NCBI GenBank assembly: GCA_964016885.1
Contig: CAXHJY010000456.1
Span: 62,001 to 126,000 of the forward strand
Length of the DNA stretch: 64,000 nt
From: Eledone cirrhosa
Taxonomy: Eukaryota
Direction: 5' to 3'
Both the position numbers and the translations under genes were made by a program. Below, piece by piece: positions 58,801-64,000 of the stretch; position 1 is the first letter of the stretch, and each line of letters starts with the position of its first letter. The notes beneath the pieces were generated by a model. That model was given only the letters and a program-made list of their open reading frames with translations. It was not told the DNA's origin and did no database searches.

Positions 58801-61800
58801 GGTGGTAGTTGTAGTGTTGTTATTGGTGGTGGTGGTAGTGTTGTTGCTGTTGGTGGTGGTAGTGTCGTTGTTGGTGGTGGTGGTAGTGTTGTTGTTGGTG
58901 GTGGTGGTAGTGTTGTTGGCGGTGGTGGTAGTGTTGTTGTTCGTGGTGGTGGTAGTGTTGTTGTTGGTGGTGGTAGTGTTGTTGTTGGTGATGGTGGTAG
59001 TGTTGTTGTTGGTGGTGGTGGTAGTGTTGTTGGTGGTGGTGGTAGTGTTGTTGTTGTTGGTGCTGGTAGTGTCGTTGTTGTTGGTGGTAGTGTTGTTGTT
59101 GGTGGTGGTGGTGGTAGTGTTGTTGTTGGTGGTGGTAGTGTTGTTGTTGGTGGTAGTTGTAATGTTGTTATTGGTGGTGGTAGTAGTGTTGTTGTTGTTG
59201 GTGGTGGTAGTGTTGTTGTTGGTGGTGGTGGTAGTGTTGTTGTTGGTTGTGGTGGTAGTGTTGTTGTTGGTGGTGGTAGTGTTGTTGTCGGTGGTGGTGG
59301 CAGTGTTCTTGTTGGTGGTGGTAGTGTTGTTGTTGGTGGTGGTGGTGTTGTTGTTGGTGGTGGTGGTAGTGTTGTTGTTGGTGGTGGTGGTAGTGTTGTT
59401 GTTGTTGGTGGGGGTAGTGTTGTTGTTGGTGGTGGTAGTGTTGTTGTTGGTGGTGGTGGTGTTGTTGTTGTTGGTGGTGGTAGTGTTCTTGTTGGTGGTG
59501 GTGGTAGTGTTGTTGTTGGTGGTGGTAGTGTTGTTGTTGGTGGTGGTGGTAGTGTTGTTGTTGGTGGTGGTAGTGTTGTTGTTGGTGGTGGTGGTAGTGT
59601 TGTTTTTGGTGGTGGTAGTGTTGTTGTTGGTGGGGGTAGTGTTGTTGTTGGTGGTGGTGGTAGTGTTGTTGTTGGTGGTGGTAGTGTTGTTGTTGGTGGT
59701 GGTGGTAGTGTTGTTGTTGGTGGTGGTAGTGTTGTTGTTGGTGGTGGTAGTGTTCTTGTTGGTGGTGGTAGTAGTGTTGTTGGTGGTGGTGGTGTTGTTG
59801 TTGGTGGTGGTGGTAGTGTTGTTGTTGGTGGTGGTGGTAGTGTTGTTGTTGGTGGTGGTGGTAGTGTTGTTGTTGGTGGTGGTGGTGTTGTTGTTGGTGG
59901 TGGTGGTGGTAGTGTTGTTGTTGGTGGTGGTAGTGTTGTTGTTGCTGGTATTGGATGTGTTGTTGTTGTTGGTGGTAGTCTTGTTGTTGGTGGTGGTAGT
60001 TTTGTTGTTGGTGGTGGTGGTGGTGGTAGTGTTGTTGTCGGTGGTGGTGGTAGTGTTGTTGTTGTTGGTGGTGGTAGTGTTGTTGTTGATGGTGGTGGTG
60101 TTTTTGTTGGTGGTGGTAGTGTTGTTGTTGGTGGTGCTGGTAGTGTTGTTGTTGTTGTTGGTGGTAGTGTTGTTGTTGGTGGTGGTGGTGGTAGTGTTGT
60201 TGTTGGTGATGGCAGTGTTGTTGTTGGTGGTGGTGGTAGTGTTGTTGTTGTTGGTTGTGGTGGTAGTGTTGTTGTTGGTGGTGGTGGTAGTGTTGTTGGT
60301 GGTGGTGGTAGTGTTTTTGTTGGTGGTGGTAGTGTTGTTGTTGGAGGTGGTGGTAGTGTTGTTGTTGGTGGTGGTAGTGTTGTTTTTGGTGGTGGTGGTA
60401 GTGTTGTTGTTGGTGGTGGTGGTAGTGTTGTTGTTGGTGGTGGTAGTGTTGTTTTTGGTGGTGGTGGTAGTGTTGTTGGTGGTGGTGGTAGTGTCATTGT
60501 TGGTGGTGGTAGTGTCGTTGGTGGTGGTGGTAGTGTCGTTGTTGGTGGTGGTAGTGTTGTTGTTGGTGGTGGTGGTATTGTTGTTGGTGGTGGTGATAGT
60601 GTTGTTGTTGGTGGTGGTAGTGTTGTTGTTGGTGGTGGTGGTGGTAGTGTTGTTGTTGGTGGTGGTGGTAGTGTTGTTGGCGGTGGTGGTAGTGTTGTTG
60701 TTCGTGGTGGTGGTAGTGTTGTTGTTGGTGGTGGTAGTGTTGTTGTTGGTGATGGTGGTAGTGTTGTTGTTGGTGGTGGTGGTAGTGTTTTTGTTGTTGG
60801 TGCTGGTAGTGTCGTTGTTGTTGGTGGTAGTGTTGTTGTTGGTGGTGGTGGTGGTAGTGTTGTTGTTGGTGGTGGTAGTGTTGTTGTTGGTGGTAGTTGT
60901 AGTGTTGTTATTGGTGGTGGTGGTAGTGTTGTTGTTGTTGGTGGTGGTAGTGTTGTTGTTGGTGGTGGTGGTAGTGTTGTTGTTGGTTGTGGTGGTAGTG
61001 TTGTTGTTGTTGGTGGTGGTAGTGTTGTTGTTGTTGGTGGTGGTAGTGTTGTTGTTGGTGGTGGTGGTAGTGTTGTTGTTGGTGGTGGTGGTAGTGTTGT
61101 TGTTGGTGGTGGTAGTGTTGTTGTCGGTGGTGGTGGTAGTGTTCTTGTTGGTGGTGGTAGTGTTGTTGTTGGTGGTGGTGGTGTTGTTGTTGGTGGTGGT
61201 GGTAGTGTTGTTGTTGGTGGTGGTGGTAGTGTTGTTGTTGTTGGTGGGGGTTGTGTTGTTGTTGGTGGTGGTAGTGTTGTTGTTGGTGGTGGTGGTGTTG
61301 TTGTTGTTGGTGGTGGTAGTGTTCTTGTTGGTGGTGGTGGTAGTGTTGTTGTTGGTGGTGGTAATAGTGTTGTTGGTGGTGGTGGTAGTGTTGTTGTTGT
61401 TGGTGGTGGTAGTTTTGTTGTTGTTGGTGGTGGTAGTATTGTTGTTGGTGGTGGTGGTGTTGTTGTTGGTGGTTGTGGTGGTAGTGTTGTTGTTGGTGGT
61501 GGTAGTGTTGTTGTTGGTGGTAGTGGAAGTGTTCTTGTTGTTGGTGGTAGTGTTGTTGTGTGGTGGTAGTGTTGTTGTTGGTGGTGGTGGTAGTGTTGTT
61601 GGTGGTGGTGGTAGTGTTGTTGTTGTTGGTGGTGGTAGTGTTTTTGTTGGTGGTGGTAGTGTTGTTGTTGGTGGTGGTAGTGTTGTTGTTGGTGGTAGTG
61701 GAAGTGTTCTTGTTGTTGGTGGTAGTGTTGTTGTGTGGTGGTAGTGTTGTTGTTGGTGGTGGTGGTAGTGTTGTTGTCGGTGGTGGTAGTGTTGTTGTTG

Positions 61801-63080
61801 TTGGTGGTGGTAGTGTTGTTGTTGGTGGTGGTAGTGTTGTTTTTGGTGGTGGTGGTAGTGTTGTTGGTGGTGGTGGTAGTGTCATTGTTGGTGGTGGTAG
61901 TGTCGTTGTTGTTGGTGGTAGTGTTGTTGTTGGTGGTGGTAGTGTTGTTGTTGGTGGTGGTGGTAGTGTTGTTGGTGGTGGTGGTAGTGTTGTTGTTGTT
62001 GGTGGTAGTGTTGTTGTTGGTGGTGGTAGTGGTAGTGTTGTTGTTGGTGGTGGTGGTGTTGTTGTTGGTGGTGGTAGTGTTGTTGTTGGTGGTGCTGGTA
62101 GTATTGTTGTTGTTGGTGGTGGTGGTAGTGTTGTTTTTGGTGGTGGTAGTGTTGTTGTTGGTGGGGGTAGTGTTGTTGTTGTTGGTGGTGGTGGTAGTGT
62201 TGTTGTTGGTGGTGGTAGTATTGTTGTTGGTGGTTGTGGTAGTGTTGTTGTTGGTGGTGGTGGTAGTGTTGTTGTTGGTGGTGGTGGTAGTGTTGTTGTT
62301 GGTGGTGGTGGTAGTGTTGTTGTTGGTGGTGGTAGTGTTGTTGTTGGTGGTGGTGGTAGTGTTCTTGTTGTTGGTGGTGGTGTTGTTGGTGGTGGTGGTA
62401 GTGTTGTTGTTGGTGGTGGTGGTAGTGTTGTTGTTGGTGCTGGTGGTAGTGTTGTTGTTGGTGGTGGTGGTATTGTTGTTGTTGGTGGTGGTAGTGTTGT
62501 TGTTGTTGGTGGTGGTAGTGTTGTTGTTGGTGGTGGTAGTAGTGTTGTTGGTGGTGGTGGTGGTAGTGTTGTTGTTGGTGGTGGTGGTAGTGTTGTTGGT
62601 GGTGGTGGTAGTGTTGTTGTTGATGGTGGTGGTAGTGTTGTTGTTGGTGGCGGTAGTGTTGTTGTTGGTGGTGGTGGTAGTGTTGTTGTTGGTGGTGGTG
62701 GTAGTGTTGTTTTTGTTGTTGGTGGTAGTGTTGTTGGTGGTGGTGGTAGTGTTGTTGTTGGTGGTGCTGGTAGTGTTGTTGTTGGTGGTGGTGGTAGTGT
62801 TGTTGTTGGTGGTGGTAGTGTTGTTGTTGTTGGTGGTGGTAGTGTTGTTGTTGGTTGTGGTGGTAGTGTTGTTGTTGTTGGTGGTGGTAGTGTTGTTGTT
62901 GGTGGTGGTGGTAGTGTTGTTGTTGGTGGTGGTGGTAGTGTTGTTGTTGGTGGTGGTAGTGTTGTTGTTTGTGGTGGTGGTAGTGTTGTTGTTGGTGGTG
63001 GTGGTAGTGTTTTTGTTGGTGGTGGTGGTATTGTTGTTGTTTGTGGTGGTAGTGTTGTTGTTGGTGTTGGTGATGATAAT
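22430..63080. repeat. ~40.6-kb triplet-based satellite (GGT)2-6 AGT (GTT)2-5, typically 21-24-bp units, with higher-order duplications
   Basis: Direct reading; plus strand almost devoid of C; irregular at the left edge; rare variant triplets recur in the same order at multi-kb offsets. Confidence 0.98.
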
Positions 63081-63354
63081 GATTGACACTCAATACTATG
63101 AAGCCAACAACCTACTACACTACACACATTCTACACAGTTGCCACCCATTTATAGAACACCAGTTACAACCCTGAGACAGTTAACCACCCAATACTATAA
63201 CATAATTCACTGTACATGAAGATCTGGATATCAATAACAATATTTACAGTTGTCATTTAATAGTATATGGATGCTAACAACTTACAAAACTCACATCCTA
63301 ACACAACCTTCACACTCCATACAATAAACATCCAATAATATATTACATAACCTC

Positions 63355-63510
63355 CACACTGTAAATGTGGTTGATATTAGGAAGGGCATCCAGCTGTAAA
63401 ATACAGCAAGGTATGATGCGCCCAACTGACCAGATTTGTCTCATAACATGGACGAACTGTCTAATCCATGCAAGCGTGGAAAAATAGAGGTTAAATGGTG
63501 ATGATGATAT
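63355..63510 (+). mobile_element. RTE-tailed SINE/LINE 3' end
   Basis: CACACTGTAAATGTGGTTG..TTAGGAAGGGCATCCAGCTGTA..TCCATGCAAGCGTGG..GTTAAATGGTGATGATG. Confidence 0.8.
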
Positions 63511-63614
63511 ATGTGTGTGTGAAAGCTCACATCTCAGCAGGTTTAGCTGGCCTCCTCCAAGGTATATCTCGTTGGAGGTGTCTTGGGTAATTTTATGATA
63601 GGGACCCCAGTCCT

Positions 63615-63782
63615 ATCATCTCATTTCTACAGCTGAGTAAACTGGAGCAACGTGAAATAAAGTGTCTTGCTCAAGGAAACAACACATCACCCGGTCTGAG
63701 AATTGAACTCACAACCTTTCGATTGCAAGCCCATTCTCTAACCACTAAGCCATGCGCCTTCACGTGAAGGCGCATGGCTTAG
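63615..63782 (-). mobile_element. tRNA-headed CORE-like SINE whose 5' end is mirrored into a perfect palindrome
   Basis: Homologous to 21990-22135; head GTGAAGGCGCATGGCTTAGTGG; palindrome at 63745-63782. Confidence 0.8.
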
Positions 63783-63937
63783 ATGATGATATGGCACATG
63801 CTCTATACAAACCTTGTCAAGTACTGAAATACAAAACCCCAATTACCTGGTACAGGTACACCTAGGCTTACGTCATGTTGAGTTTCATCCTTTTCGAAGC
63901 AACAGTGGTTTTCCTTAATATTATATGGCAAAAATAA

Positions 63938-64000
63938 GGGCGGTAGAGCAGCAGACACCCTGCTTTGTGGCAGACAGACACGTCTCTTTATGTTCTGAGT
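63938..64000 (+). mobile_element. Probable start of another Nin-type SINE, cut by the window edge
   Basis: GGGCGGT head and TTCTGAGT at the B-box position, as in 20802. Confidence 0.4.

Noticed and set aside
22430-63080. Telomeric repeat array
   Set aside because: G/T-rich but lacks TTAGGG units, is internal, and has ordinary repeat-rich DNA on both sides.
28560-63089. 11,509-aa ORF and the other multi-thousand-residue G/V/S, V/L, T/N and Q/H ORFs as genes
   Set aside because: The repeat unit has no stop codon in five of six frames, and these ORFs change amino-acid alphabet at frameshifts; length is not evidence of coding.

Overview
Eukaryotic, repeat-dominated window with no intact host gene recognisable. 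The repeat families (RTE LINEs with (ATG)n tails, tRNA-headed Nin/CORE-type SINEs, dense (TA)n microsatellites) suggest a mollusc, probably an octopus; this is inference from recalled family features, not a search. Bases 1-22,400 hold decayed transposons: three large RTE-clade LINE copies (two with a PHD-type finger after the RT domain), RTE 3' fragments, CRE-, R4/Dong- and Tx1/L1-like remnants, mariner-, piggyBac- and hAT-like relics, SINE clusters and a 48-bp minisatellite grown inside a retroposon tail. Bases ~22,430-63,080 are one ~40.6-kb, nearly C-free (+ strand) triplet satellite with grammar (GGT)n-AGT-(GTT)m and multi-kb higher-order duplications. The giant ORFs there are mostly a compositional effect, although the minus strand reads as a mucin/extensin-like TTTLPPP polymer. 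Most notable unexplained structures: a 310-bp palindrome (5139-5448) whose two arms each contain a minimal hammerhead-ribozyme motif, a second hammerhead motif at 11490-11525, and the giant satellite.
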